From Eledone cirrhosa (taxonomy: Eukaryota), in the NCBI GenBank assembly GCA_964016885.1, contig OZ024742.1:43276001-43340000 (forward strand): a DNA stretch of 64,000 nucleotides, written 5' to 3'. The translations under genes and the position numbers were made by a program. Positions 63,101 through 64,000 of the stretch are shown piece after piece (the stretch's first letter is position 1; every line of letters begins with the position of its first letter). The notes beneath the pieces are model-generated. The model worked only from the letters and a program-made list of their open reading frames with translations. It ran no database searches and was not told the DNA's origin.

Positions 63101-63537
63101 TTCGGTCACCTAGGTAGCAGAAGCTGTCTACTGTTTCTACAGGGCCCTCCCAGAGATTGGTGGTACTTGTTTCCTAGGTGTCACGACAAAAAACACACAG
63201 TCCACGCTGTAAATGTGGCCGTGTAGGCAACACGGTAAAAACCTCCCAGCCCCACACTGTAAATGTGGTTGGTGTTAGGAAGGGCATCCAGCTGTAGAAA
63301 ACCCGCCAGACAGTCCACGCTGTAATGTGGCCGTGTAGGCAACACGGTAAAAACCTCCCAGCCCCACACTGTAAATGTGGTTGGTGTTAGGAAGGGCATC
63401 CAACTGTAGAAAACCCGCCAGACAGTCCTATGCGAGCAAGACAACCACTCTTGCCTCAAGTGGGAAAACCCCCGTCCAAACCCATGCAAGCGTGGAACAC
63501 GGACGCTAAACCTGATGATGATGATGATGATGATGAT
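60163..63537 (+). mobile_element. RTE family A (young subfamily), 5'-truncated, with its 3'UTR interrupted by a nested insertion
   Basis: ORFs 60056-61519 and 61586-62080 are separated by a single TAG. The 3'UTR stops at 62231 and resumes at 63175; (GAT)n tail. Confidence 0.95.
62232..63174 (-). mobile_element. RTE family C 3' fragment, nested antisense in the family A copy
   Basis: ORF 62541-62990, its own 3'UTR and tail, flanked by TAGGT at 62227-62231 and 63175-63179. Confidence 0.88.
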
Positions 63538-64000
63538 ATATATAATTAAGGAAATGTTTTGTATATATAAATAGCATAGTGAGGGTGCTTCAGTCAAAGC
63601 CAAGTCAACAACACCCAACCCTCTCTTGTGTCAGTGCTACAATAAAATGCACCTAGTATTCTCTGTAAAATGATTGGCATTAGAAATGTCATCCAGCTGT
63701 AGAAACTATTTCAAAAGGGTTGTGAATTCTTCAGTCACACCATGAACATCACAGCCTCTCTAGTGCTGGTGCCACAAAAAAAATGCACCTACTACACTCT
63801 GTAACGTGTTTGGCATTAGGAAGAACATCCAACTCTAGTAATCATATCCAAACTGGAAAGTATATAAGAGAAATGCAGTTCTCGGCATGTCTGGGAAGAC
63901 AGTTACTCCTATTTAGTATTAACTTAGTATGTGACGACACATCAAACCCATGTTAGCATGAAAAATGGACATTAAATGATGATGAAAATGCTGTTTTTAG

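Overview
AT-rich, microsatellite- and transposon-dense eukaryotic DNA. The repeat landscape suggests a coleoid cephalopod (octopod), which is an inference. Two intron-rich host genes lie head-to-head. NFYC (NF-Y gamma) is on the minus strand with 3 coding exons at 8806-2601 and continues left of the window. A CC2D1/Lgd orthologue is on the plus strand with 10 phase-consistent coding exons at 19436-59725 (DM14 repeats) and continues right of the window. A CCAAT-box cluster at ~14.5-14.9 kb is the candidate shared promoter. The introns hold: at least three RTE-clade LINE families whose ORF carries a PHD-type C4HC3 finger directly after the RT core; a near-complete Penelope-like element with pseudo-LTRs and a hammerhead ribozyme; an inverted pair of minimal hammerheads; R4/Dong, L1/Tx1 and L2-like relics; a mariner; piggyBac-like MITEs; a Helitron end; and two tRNA-SINE families. 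The most unusual structures are a ~4.7 kb head-to-head RTE palindrome built from two different subfamilies, several other fold-backs in the CC2D1 pre-mRNA, and a minisatellite that repeats an exon's 5' splice site. Most short ORFs in the supplied track are spurious. All coordinates were read by eye; repeat boundaries are approximate.
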